From Octopus sinensis (lineage: Eukaryota), in NCBI RefSeq assembly GCF_006345805.1, contig NC_043012.1, positions 23,374,001 through 23,438,000 on the forward strand: 64,000 nt of DNA. The letters are read 5' to 3'. How positions within the stretch are numbered: the stretch's first letter is position 1; every line of letters starts with the position of its first letter. Made by a program: the position numbers and the translations under genes. The notes under the pieces were generated by a model that saw only the letters and a program-made list of their open reading frames with translations, did no database searches and was not told the origin of the DNA. Below, piece after piece: positions 50,755 through 63,039 of this stretch.

Positions 50755-51246
50755 CAAAATGGGACAAGAACGCAAAACATCCAGACAGTTAGGTGATACA
50801 AAAAAGGGATAACAAAACATCCAGATAGACAATGCAAAGAAAACAAAGACGGATCATCCGGAGGTTTCTTTCCTCAGTTGAGTTCCAGATTATCTTTGCA
50901 ATTTTGGCTGGTTATACTCGAGATTGCTCCTATCTGGCCAGCTCTGAGGAAAAACTAAGCTAACAGCATTAAATTACTTGGAAGAAAGCAGCGACTTGTT
51001 TTCTTTGTTTCTTCCAAGGAACCTAATGCTATTCGCTTAATTTTTCCTTGGAGCTGGCCAGATTGGAGCAATCTCGAGTATAAGCAGCTGAAATTGCAAA
51101 GATAATCTGGAACTCGAATGAGGAAAGAAAACTCCAAATGACCCATCCTTGTTCTTTGTATTGTATATCTGGATATTTTGTTGTCCCTTTTTTGTATCAC
51201 CTAACTGTCTGTATGTTTTGCGTTCTTGTCCCATTTTGTATTTTTT
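50749..51246. mobile_element. ~500-bp fold-back element (two ~238-bp inverted arms, 20-bp spacer) inserted in (TA)n
   Basis: 50749-50987 versus the reverse complement of 51008-51246, roughly 85-90% identical. Confidence 0.9.
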
Positions 51247-51272
51247 ATATACATATACATATATATATATAT

Positions 51273-51304
<32 letters not shown>

Positions 51305-51319
51305 TACAAGCATATACAT

Positions 51320-51357
<38 letters not shown>

Positions 51358-51445
51358 TTATATATATACACTTACATATATACACACACACACATATATA
51401 TATGTATATGCACACACACATATCTATACATATACATACATAAAA

Positions 51446-51678
51446 GCTGGCGAGCTGACAGAAATGTTAGCACGCCAGGCGAAATACTTAGCAGTATTTT
51501 GTCTGCCGTAACGTTCTGAATTCAAATTCAGCCGAGGTCGACTTTACCTTTCATCCTTTTGGGGTTGATAACTTAAGTACCAGTTACACACTGGGGTTGA
51601 AGTAATTGACTCAATCCCTTTGCCTGTCCTTGTTTGTCCCCTCTATGTTTAGCCCCTTGTGGGCAACAAAGAAATAAA
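51446..51678 (+). mobile_element. SINE family M (duplicated at 52575-52807)
   Basis: gctggcgagctgacagaaatgttagcacgcc...cctttcatccttttgggg. Confidence 0.88.
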
Positions 51679-51993
51679 AATATACACGTACATACACACG
51701 CGTACATATATATATATATGCACACCTCTACATAAACACACATATATATACAAATATATACATGCATACATATAAGTGACAGTCTGAATAAGTTAGGATT
51801 TTCAGAAATCAACAAATTAACTCACACATTTCAAATGTAATCTGAAAGGGGAACAATGTAACTATGTTTTAGTTATCTACATTCCAATGATGGAGCTTTG
51901 TATCTCTGTTGGAAAGCAGCTTCTTCCTCACAGCAAGAATATAAATATTTAAAGACATAAGAGAATATTTATATATATATATATATATATATA

Positions 51994-52392
51994 CTCTTAC
52001 TCTTTTACTCTTTTATTAGTTTCAGTCATTTGACTGCGGCCATACTGGAGCACCGCCTTTAATCGAGCAACTTGACCCCGGGACTTATTCTTTTGTAAGC
52101 CCAGTACTTATCCTATCGGTCTCTTTTGCCAAACCGCTAAGTAACGGGGACATAAACACACCAGCATCGGTTGTCAAGCAATGCTAGGGGGACAAACACA
52201 CACACGCATACATATATATATACATACATACAACAGGCTTCTTTGAGTTTCCGTCTACCAAATCCACTCACAAGGCTTTGGTCGGCCCGAGGCTATAGTA
52301 GAAGACACTTGCCCAAGGTGCCACACAGTGGGACTGAACCCGGAACCATGTAGTTGGTAAACAAGCTACTTACCACACATCCACTCCAGCGC
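51994..52392 (-). mobile_element. SINE family C, full length (duplicated at 53122-53513)
   Basis: Colinear reverse complement of family C. Confidence 0.9.
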
Positions 52393-52394
52393 AT

Positions 52395-52443
<49 letters not shown>

Positions 52444-52524
52444 TATATATATATACACACATATATACAAGCATATACATACACATATATATATATATAT
52501 GCACACCTCTACATAAACACACAT

Positions 52525-53509
52525 ATATATATGTATATGCACACACACATATCTATACATATACATACATAAAAGCTGGCGAGCTGACAGAAATGTTAGC
52601 ACGCCAGGCGAAATACTTAGCAGTATTTTGTCTGCCGTAACGTTCTGAATTCAAATTCAGCCGAGGTCGACTTTACCTTTCATCCATTTGGGGTTGATAA
52701 CTTAAGTACCAGTTACACACTGGGGTTGAAGTAATTGACTCAATCCCTTTGCCTGTCCTTGTTTGTCCCCTCTATGTTTAGCCCCTTGTGGGCAACAAAG
52801 AAATAAAAATATACACGTACATACACACGCGTACATATATATATATATGCACACCTCTACATAAACACACATATATATACAAATATATACATGCATACAT
52901 ATAAGTGACAGTCTGAATAAGTTAGGATTTTCAGAAATCAACAAATTAACTCACACATTTCAAATGTAATCTGAAAGGGGAACAATGTAACTATGTTTTA
53001 GTTATCTACATTCCAATGATGGAGCTTGTATCTCTGTTGGAAAGCAGCTTCTTCCTCACAGCAAGAATATAAATATTTAAAGACATAAGAGAATATTTAT
53101 ATATATATATATATATATATACTCTTACTCTTTTACTCTTTTATTAGTTTCAGTCATTTGACTGCGGCCATACTGGAGCACCGCCTTAATGGAGCAACTT
53201 GACCCCGGGACTTATTCTTTTGTAAGCCCAGTACTTATCCTATCGGTCTCTTTTGCCAAACCGCTAACGGGGACATAAACACACCAGCATCGGTTGTCAA
53301 GCAATGCTAGGGGGACAAACACACACACGCATACATATATATATACATACATACAACAGGCTTCTTTGAGTTCCGTCTACCAAATCCACTCACAAGGCTT
53401 TGGTCGGCCCGAGGCTATAGTAGAAGACACTTGCCAAGGTGCCACACAGTGGGACTGAACCCGGAACCATGTAGTTGGTAAACAAGCTACTTACCACACA
53501 TCCACTCCA

Positions 53510-53513
<4 letters not shown>
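52525..53513 (+). repeat. Second unit of a ~1.13-kb tandem duplication of ~51396-52392
   Basis: Offset 1129 at the start and 1121 at the end; only 5 small deletions and 2 substitutions. Confidence 0.95.
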
Positions 53514-53576
<63 letters not shown>

Positions 53577-53734
53577 TACACACACACACACAAATGTATA
53601 TATACCAACAATTGGTACACTTGCATTAACATATGGTGGTTGTCCACTCCTTATGCAAAGTTTGAACACCCCATGTAACTACACCCTAGAACCATCATGG
53701 CATCTGATGTGGAATTAACATATACATACATATA

Positions 53735-54375
53735 TGTGTGGTAAGTAGCTTGCTTACCAACCACATGGTTCTGGGTTCAGTTACACTGCATGGCACCTTA
53801 GGCAAGTGTCCTCTGCTATAGCCTCAGGCTGATCAAAGCCTTGTGAGTGGATTTGGTAGAAGGAAATTGAAACAAGCTTATCTTATATATATATATATGT
53901 GTGTGTGTATGTGTGTGCACGTGTGTGTTTGTGTGTCTGCGTTTGCCTCTCAACCATCGCTTGACAATCAATGTTGGTGTGTTTACGTCTCCCGTAACTT
54001 AGTGAATTGGCAAAAGAGCCTGATAGAATAAGTACTAGGCTAGACTTTGCAATGAATAAGTCCTGAGGTCGATTTGTTCGACTAAAGATGGCGCTCCAGC
54101 ATAGCTGTAGTCAAACAACTGAAACAAATAAAAGAATATATACACATATATTTACAAACATACACACATATATATATAAACACAGACACACACACATAAT
54201 ATTAAGCGTTACATAGGAGTGGTTGGCGTTAGGAAGGGCATCCATCCGTAGAAACATTGCGAGATCAGACTGGGCCTGGTGCAGCCTTCTGGCTTCCCAG
54301 ACACCAGTTGAACCGTCCAACCCATGCTAGCATGGAAAGCGGATGCTAAATGATGATGATGATGATGATGATGAT
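53735..54375 (+). mobile_element. SINE family C (53735-54135) followed by RTE-type tail (54215-54375)
   Basis: gtgtggtaagtagcttgcttaccaaccacatggttctgggttcag...; ggagtggttggcgttaggaagggcatcc...(GAT)n. Confidence 0.85.
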
Positions 54376-54863
54376 AGGACTATTATGAGTAGTTTTTACT
54401 CTTTAGTTATCTATTAAGCATAACGTAGAATTTTTGTTTGTAGTATTTCTTCTTTAGTTGTCCAGTGACATCATCAATAATTGTATATAAATATAATAAT
54501 TTTTTAGGTCATTTTTTAGGTTACTTTCTTAGATTATTTTACTTTTTTAGATTACATTTCTATGTAGATTTCAAATTGTTGAAAGATATAGAATTAGTAT
54601 GGCATTTTTTATCTTCTATTTTTATAAAGTGAATTCGTTATTCAATGATGTCGTTCTTGGTTGAATGAATGGATGTCTAAAGTTAAATTTGATTTGGCGT
54701 TTCTTTTTTTAGAGTTTTTTAACAACTAAATTTTTTTCAGATGTTCACTTGGAATTTCACCAAGTTGGATTACCTTCATAATGTTGTGGTGACATAAATT
54801 TTTGTAGATATTATTAAGTTTAATAATATTGTGTATATGTGTGTGTGTAAATGTATGTATGTA

Positions 54864-54896
<33 letters not shown>

Positions 54897-55159
54897 GTAT
54901 GCATGTATGTATATGTTAATGCAATTGAAACAGTTGTTGGATTTTTAAGGTGTAATCTAAAATAGAGACATGATTTTCTTCCTACATATTACTGGTTTTT
55001 ATTAAATACTCAGAATTTCTTAAAATTCTGCATAAGGATTGTTGGATTTACCTGAGATTTGTATTCTACATACAATTACTGGTATCTACTTGTTGGAAAT
55101 TTAACCATATTCCCTTATATTGAGTGCTTACTTGATATCTGCCAGGACTTTTGAATCCC

Positions 55160-55288
55160 ATTTTTTCTCCTATAAAGAGCATAGGCTCAAAACATAAAAT
55201 ACTTTCTCACTTTCCCAGCATCAACAAAGTACACCTGCTTGTTGTTCATACACCTGTCTTAGTCTTTTGTTTCTCTGTAAATTTCAAA
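55160..55288 (+). mobile_element. Diverged family A copy
   Basis: aaagagcataggctcaaaacataaaa...cacctgtcttagtcttttg, ending at (TA)n. Confidence 0.6.
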
Positions 55289-55305
55289 TATATATATATA
55301 TATAT

Positions 55306-55374
<69 letters not shown>

Positions 55375-55459
55375 TATATATATATATAGATATATATGTG
55401 CACATGCATGCACACACATTTATCATCATCATCAATATATCTATACATATATGTATGTG

Positions 55460-56590
55460 TGTAAGTGGAGAATGAATGGGAGGAGAAGAATATGCCAAAG
55501 GTTGACCCAATTGAGGGATCAGCTACTTGAATCGACAGTACCCTGGTAGATAAAGCAATTAAGGATATGAAGACAGGGAAAGCACCTGACCCATCAGGAA
55601 TCACTGCTGAGATGCTTAAAATATCAGGCGATGTAGGTAATGGTCTAGTTACCTGCATCATAAGTCAGGTAATTCATGAAGGAGTCATACCCAAGGACTG
55701 GTGTGGCAGCACAATAGTAAACAGCTCGAAAAGTAAAGGTGATGCTTTAGATAGAAATAACTTCATGGGTATCAAATTATTAGATCAGGTGATGAAAGTC
55801 ATGGAGAGAGTCATAGCCCAACTAATTAGGGAGAATGTTAATTTAGATGAGATGCAGTTTGGTTTTGTGCCAGGTAGAAGTGCCACTAATACTTATATTT
55901 CTGGTAAGGCAACTGCAGAAGAAATACCTAGCCAAAGATAAACCTATGTTCTTGGCTTTTGCTGACATGGAGAAAGCCCTTGACAAGGTCTCCTGATCCC
56001 TTATCTGGTGGTCAATGTGGAAACTAGGGATAAACGAGTGGTTGGTAAGAGCCCTGTACAGGGATGCTGTCAGTAAGGTGTGAGTTGGCAATGAGTATAG
56101 TGAAGAATTCCAGGTAAAAGTAGAGGAAGAAGAAGATCAATCTTCAGCCATTTCTTATTCATCATAGTCCTGCAGACAATAATAAAGGAATTCAAGACAG
56201 GCTGCACCTGGGAGCTCCTCTATGCTGATGACCTTGCTCTAATAGCTGAGTCATTATCAGAACTAGAGGTGAAGTTTAGGGTGTGGAAGCAAAGGCTAGA
56301 ATCAAAGGGCCTTAGAACAAACCTGGCAAAAAGCCAAAGTCCTAGTAAGTAGGAAGGCAGGCAAATCCCAAACACCTTCAGGTAGATGGCCCTGCTTCAT
56401 CTATAGAAAATGTGTAGGTAGAAACTCCATAGGATGTACCCGGTATAAACTATGGACACATAAAAGGTGCAGTAATATCAAAAGGAAGGATAACCAGGAA
56501 GATAGTTTTTGTATGTCGCAGATGCACAAGGACAATAAACACCAAAGATTCCATCACATGCCAGCGGGGAAAATTAGAAGTAGTTAATAG
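55460..56590 (+). mobile_element. RTE-clade LINE reverse transcriptase fragment, decayed
   Basis: [68 protein letters not shown]; stops and frameshifts. Confidence 0.9.
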
Positions 56591-56591
56591 T

Positions 56592-56696
56592 GTTCCTTTC
56601 TGTGGAAGAGCATAGGCTCGAAACATTAAAGACTTTTTCACTTCCCAAGCGTTAAACTAATACATCTTCATCTTTTGATTTTTTGTGAATTCTCCC
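56592..56696 (+). mobile_element. Family A copy interrupting the RTE fragment
   Basis: CUUU-CUGUGGA-A-GAGC-AUAG-GCUC-GAA-AC-AU-U-AAAG (56596-56631); ends ttctccc-(TA)n. Confidence 0.7.
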
Positions 56697-56842
56697 TATA
56701 TATATCTATATATACACACACACGCACACACACACAACAATATATATATAATATATATATATATCTATAATATATATATATATATACAATATACACACAT
56801 ATACATACATATGCATACATGCATGCATATATATTTATATAT

Positions 56843-57250
56843 AGGAGTGGCTGTGTGGTAAGTAGCTTGCTTATGAACCACATAGTTCTGTGTTCAGTCC
56901 CACTGCGTGAAACCATAGGCAAGTTTCTTCTACTATAGCCTTGTGAGTGGATTTGGTAGACAGAAACTGAAAGAAGCCCGTCGTATATATGTATATATAT
57001 ATATATAGATATATATATATATATGTGTGGTGTGTGTGTGTGTGTGTTTGTGTATCTGTGTTTGTCCCCGCCAGCATTGCTTGACAACTGATGCTGGTGT
57101 GTTTACATCCCTGTAACTTAGCGGTTTGGCAAAAGAGGCCAATAGAATAAGTACTAAGCTTACAAAGAATAAGTCCTGGGGCTGATTTGCTCAACTAAAG
57201 GCAGTGCTCCAGCATGGCCACAACCAAATGACTGAAATGAGTCAAAGAGT
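56843..57250 (+). mobile_element. SINE family C with a short internal deletion
   Basis: Full head and tail; tatagcc joined to ttgtgagtgg. Confidence 0.9.
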
Positions 57251-57265
57251 ATATGTATATATATA

Positions 57266-57388
57266 TATCACCGTGATCATCGTGATCAACCAGGTTATCA
57301 GATGTTGCTACACATCACTGGTCACAATGCGCTTCGCAATGTTTTAGCCTTCAAATGACACCACCTCACTGGCTAAGCGAGCAGGCCA
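57266..57388 (-). mobile_element. SINE family 3 3' fragment
   Basis: Reverse complement of 20588-20705. Confidence 0.85.
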
Positions 57389-57409
57389 TATATATATATA
57401 ATATATAAA

Positions 57410-57443
<34 letters not shown>

Positions 57444-57702
57444 CACGTATATATTTATTTATAAATACATATACATACATGTGTATATTTATATATATAT
57501 GCATACATGCATGTGTACATATATATATGTGTATATATTTATACATACATACATATATGTGTGTATATATATTTATATCATATATATCATATATCATATA
57601 TATATATGCATAGATATATATATGTATCATATATAAACATACATGTATATATGATACATATATATACATTTACATATACATACATAGACACATATATACG
57701 TG

Positions 57703-57734
<32 letters not shown>

Positions 57735-57744
57735 ATATATATAT

Positions 57745-57777
<33 letters not shown>

Positions 57778-57843
57778 ATATGTACATACACATATCTATA
57801 TCTGCATGTATATATACATATATCTATCTATTTCTATGTATAC

Positions 57844-57875
<32 letters not shown>

Positions 57876-58040
57876 TATGTGTGGTGTATATATATATATA
57901 ATATATATTCATATATATATACAGCATGTATATGTGTGTATATATACATACACACATATCTATACCTGCATGTATATATACATATATCTCTCTATTTCTA
58001 TGTATATGTATATTATATATATATATATACACATATATAA
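57389..58040. repeat. Very long compound TA/CATA array
   Basis: Directly visible. Confidence 0.95.
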
Positions 58041-58284
58041 TGTAAGTGCATTTGCTGGTTTGTATATCAATAAACCTTTGTCATTGAAGCCGTTTCTCAT
58101 AAAAAGATGTACTAAATAGTATATTTGACATAAAAATTCACTCACGCTCGCTACATTCAATGTATTGGTGTATCCTGCACATTGTTGTTATCCTGCATGT
58201 ACTTTACACATACCCATTAAAAATTGTCATTATGTAATCTTTGTCATCGTCATCACCATTATTGCTGTTGAGCATCTATGATCT

Positions 58285-58315
<31 letters not shown>

Positions 58316-58507
58316 ATATATATATATATATATATATTCTGTAAATAATAGTAATTATTATAAGCTTAACGCTTATAAGCAATCACCAATATATAACTAG
58401 TATCGGGGCATATAAGCTCTTGATGGAAAAAAAGTGGGTCTTCTGTATGCATGGGACTCAAACCCACACCTTTTATATGTGCGAGAAAACTTATATATAT
58501 ATATATA

Positions 58508-58625
58508 TGGTGCTATTAAGTTAGACATGGACCGGGCCAATGCTGGCCAAAACCTTTCTAAGTTATTCTAAGTTTATATATATAGTTTATATATAAGTTT
58601 ATATATAGTTATATATAAGTTTATA
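58508..58625 (+). mobile_element. CR1-B 3' tail stub with amplified terminal repeat
   Basis: ggtgctattaagttagacatgg identical to 8555-8576; followed by repeated aagttt-atatat units. Confidence 0.75.
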
Positions 58626-58627
58626 TA

Positions 58628-58678
<51 letters not shown>

Positions 58679-59450
58679 TGTATGTGTGTGTGTGTTTGTG
58701 TGTGTGTGTATGTCTATATGTATATGTATGGCAGGCTTTGTACAGTTTCTGTGAACCAAATTCATTTGCAACACGTTGGTGAGACTGAGGCTGTATGATT
58801 TTCTATTAAATGCTTCACTGTGGGGCTGAAGCCAACACTACAAAGCTGCAAGAGGAAACTTTTTAAATGTGCAGACATACTTGTGCTTTCTTGTTATTGT
58901 GTGCAGATAAGAATACACAATGCAAATGCACATAGCCATATACATAAATATGTACACAAACACACACCTGTTAGACAAACGGGGCTTGGTTTTTTCACAG
59001 CGGGGGGTTTCCTTGACAAGGCAGGCTTAGATGAACACACACACACATAAAACATAATATATATTTTTTTTTCTGTCACCCAACGGTTCTCGCGGCAGTA
59101 GCCACTGACAGCCGAACGCTCAAACGCACACACGTACACAAAAAATGTTTTCTACCCCTACGCCAACCACACATATATAGAACAGTATACACACACGTCT
59201 CTAAGTAGATTTTTTCTCGCCCCTTATAAAACATCAATATTCCTTAAATAGTCAGAACTTTATTCTCGGTCACAAAGAACACCCACACACCCTCACCCAC
59301 ATGATTGACGATGCCTGACCCGTTAAATTCTTCAGCCACCGGTTCTCAACATACACTGATAAACAGTTCGCCATGGCTCTTAGGAGCATAGTTCGATTTG
59401 TTTTTGCTCCGCCTCTGTTCTGTTTTTGTTTTTCCAACGGATTTCCTATT

Positions 59451-59533
59451 TTCTTCCTGAAGAGAAAGACACAATATGGTCCCATTATTCAATTGGATTT
59501 TGGTAACTTGTGCCTTCGAAACACGTTGTAGAA
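59451..59533 (+). ncRNA. Type I hammerhead-like motif with fully canonical core
   Basis: UUCUUC-CUGAAGA-GAAAGACACAA...UUGUGCCUUC-GAA-AC-AC-GU-U-GUAGAA; stem I 5/6, long stem II, GUU triplet. Confidence 0.6.
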
Positions 59534-59745
59534 TGAATAAAATGATTTCTGTTCAATCTGCGTTCAGCTCCATTTCTTCAATTCACCAATAATGTTTTAA
59601 TTTCAATTATCCGCACCAACGCACGGTTGCAACACCATATGGTTGTACCTCCAACCGTGCTGTTTACTGCTGTGATTTTTGCTACTAAGGTATCGGTTAA
59701 ACTTTTGATTAATCTACTACAAGATTATTCATCTTTCTATTTCAC

Positions 59746-59789
<44 letters not shown>

Positions 59790-59921
59790 AGCACATACCC
59801 ACATATGTATATTAAAAGTATACAGACACATAGATATAAATAAACATACAAACTAATATGCATACATGTAAATCATATATGTGTGTGTGTGTGTGAGTAT
59901 ATATATATATATATATATACA

Positions 59922-60153
59922 TATATTCTTTATTGCCCAAAGAGGGCTAAACATAGAAGGGGCAAACAAAGAAAGACAAAAGGGTTAAGTTGATTACATC
60001 GACCCCAGTATGTAACTGGTACTTATTTCCTCGGCCCTGGAAGGATGAAAAGTAAAGTTGACCTCGGCGGAATTTGAACTCAGATCATAAATGGCAAACA
60101 AAATACCGCCAAGCATTTCGCCTGGTGTGCTAATGCTTCTGCCAGCTTGCTTC
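59922..60153 (-). mobile_element. SINE family M, diverged full length
   Basis: Colinear with 3342-3572. Confidence 0.85.
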
Positions 60154-60207
<54 letters not shown>

Positions 60208-60819
60208 ATACGTACACACATATGCATGTTTCCCCATATATGTGTGTGTGTTCATGCACACACTTCAATCATTCAAGATATTCTCATACGCATATGAAAC
60301 ATAAAAATTTTCTGCCCCCCAGTCTGCCAATTAAATTAGTGGTTGATATATTCAACACAAATTCTTATTAACTTTCAAGGTTCGTTTCTCTTTCGTATCA
60401 GAATAGTTGCATTTAAAAACAGCAAAAAGCACACACACACACACAAAATAAATAAATAAATAAATAAATAAAACAACAGAGTCTGAGGCAAATCATCTTT
60501 GCTCCATGGATGCATTTTACTAATTGGATTTTATGCAGTTAAAATAAGTTGTTTTAACAAAGGGTAGTGTGTGTTGCTCTTTCTCATTTTTACTGTCACT
60601 ACAGATTTACATTATACTTTCTCTTTGCTTGCTTGAATCTGAATTCTGATGCAATTTCTTTCTTTATTTCTTTCACCATGCTTCTTTTTTTTCTAGAATT
60701 TACCACTACATACCCAAACCCCCAGAAGACTTTAGTATACTTACGACTATAAATATCACTATTTTGGTGTAGGTCTACACAAAAGGTTACACACAAACAT
60801 AGAGAGTATACAAATATTG

Positions 60820-61440
60820 TAAACACACACACGTACATATATGCGTGTGTGTGTGTGTATATATATATGTGTATGTATATATGTGTGTGAATAAATATAT
60901 TTGTATATATGAACCAATGTGTATATACGTGTGTGTGTGTGTATATATATACATGCACATATGTGTATGTATGTGTGCACATATACATATATATATAGAT
61001 AAAATAAAATATATATATATATACATATATATATACATATATATACATATATATATACATATATATACACATATATAAACATATATACATATATATACAT
61101 ACATATATACATATATATATATATACATACATATATATATATATACACACATATATACATATATACATACATATATACATATACATATATACATACATAT
61201 ATACATATATATACATATATATATAAATATATATTATATACATATATATATACATACATATACATACATATATACATACATATATATATACATATATTAT
61301 AATATATATACATATACATACATATATTATATATTTATATACACACACACACATATATATATATAAACACACACAATATATATATATACACACACACACA
61401 CATATATATATATATACACAAACACACATATATATTATAT

Positions 61441-61509
<69 letters not shown>

Positions 61510-61510
61510 G
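60820..61510. repeat. Very long compound TA/CA/TACA array
   Basis: Directly visible. Confidence 0.95.
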
Positions 61511-63039
61511 TATCATTACTAATGCTTTACAGAGTATAGAAAGAAGCTTGCCCTTCAACATTATCGATGATAATTGTCTCAAATAAATTTTATAACAAGA
61601 TTGATTATGGGGGACGATAGCAGTTTGATCAAGCAATTAGTAGAACCATGCAAGTATATTTAAGGGACAAAGGGTTCAGTTCAAGGATGAGTTGATATGG
61701 AAAGGTAAAAGACTGAAGATCAGAGAGGGAGAGTTAGAAAGGGAGACAAAAAGAGGGAGAAAGTTGTGCCAGAGGCTGATGGGGAGAGATAGATAATTAA
61801 AGAAAAATAGAAGGAAATGGTGTATAAACACATAAATACGATGTAGATAAATGACAGTTCAAATTACTATAGTTTAATCTGATCCAAGAAGAGTGTATGT
61901 TGTATGCTTGTATTCTTATCCATAAATACGTACATATATATTCTATGCATACATGCACGTGTATATAAGTGTGCTTGTGTGTATACATAAAAAATATACA
62001 CACACATACATTGAGAGATGTTTGCAAACACAACTGAAAAGTGATGTATTCATATACAAACTTTCTTAAACATATGAAGATGCGTATGTGCGTGTGTGTG
62101 ATTATGTTTGTGTATGTGTGCAATTGTTTGTGCATGATTACAGGTATGTGTTTGTTTGTAAGTGTGTATGTGTCTGGAAGATTATTCTCAAAGACAGGAA
62201 GCTAACAACAAGTACCCGGTTTGAAGCAATTTGAAAGAAATTTTGGAAGCAAAGAGAAGATAAAACTAAATAAAAGAATGAATTTAGTAATGCAATTAAT
62301 TTTGTTAATTGAATTTTATTTCTCTTTTTATTTTTATTCATTCAGGTATGTTTCAAAAGTTGCTTTTAAACAACAAAAGAAATTTAATTAAGTGTTCAGA
62401 ATTTATTATATTTAGCTTGCGTGATAATAAAGAAACAAAACAAAACAAAAACAAAAAAAAAAGACAACCGCAGTGTCATTGGCACTTGGGTAATAATAAT
62501 ATCTTAGTATTTGATCAAGTACTGTGTAGGGAAAAAAAAAACAATCGTATTGCAAATAATACTAATGTATTAATTGGAGGCAAGACAAAAATACCAAATT
62601 CTTTTATATTATTGCTTTATGTGTGTTGATCAGAAAAGATGAGCAAGCATTCTTTAGAGTAGAAAATAGACTCTTAAATTGCTGTGATTTTTACATATTA
62701 TATCAGCTTCATATCGTAAAATATGAGTGAATTTCTTGTTAACCAATTTAAATGAAATTTTAATGAAACAGTTAAAAATTAACAGTTGTAATAATAATTC
62801 TTTGATTGATTCATTTGAAAATCATGTTGGAAGAAAGTGAGAAGAATGAATAACTTGTCACACGACAATATTGGGGCCATATGTGTGTTACTGTCAGTCA
62901 AGGAAAATTAAATATGGTCAAGAATTATTATTTTAATTTTCTATCTTTGAATTTTGTGGTACTTTACAACATAATAAAATTAATTGGTCCTTATTTTTTA
63001 CTTGTTCTGGTCATGGTGCAGTGGCTGATGGGTCTAGTT

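Noticed and set aside
5661-61456. Dozens of [12 protein letters not shown]-rich ORFs in the track (e.g. 27979-28443, 47083-47595, 57507-58040, 60599-61456)
   Set aside because: Translations of TA/CA microsatellites, which lack stop codons.
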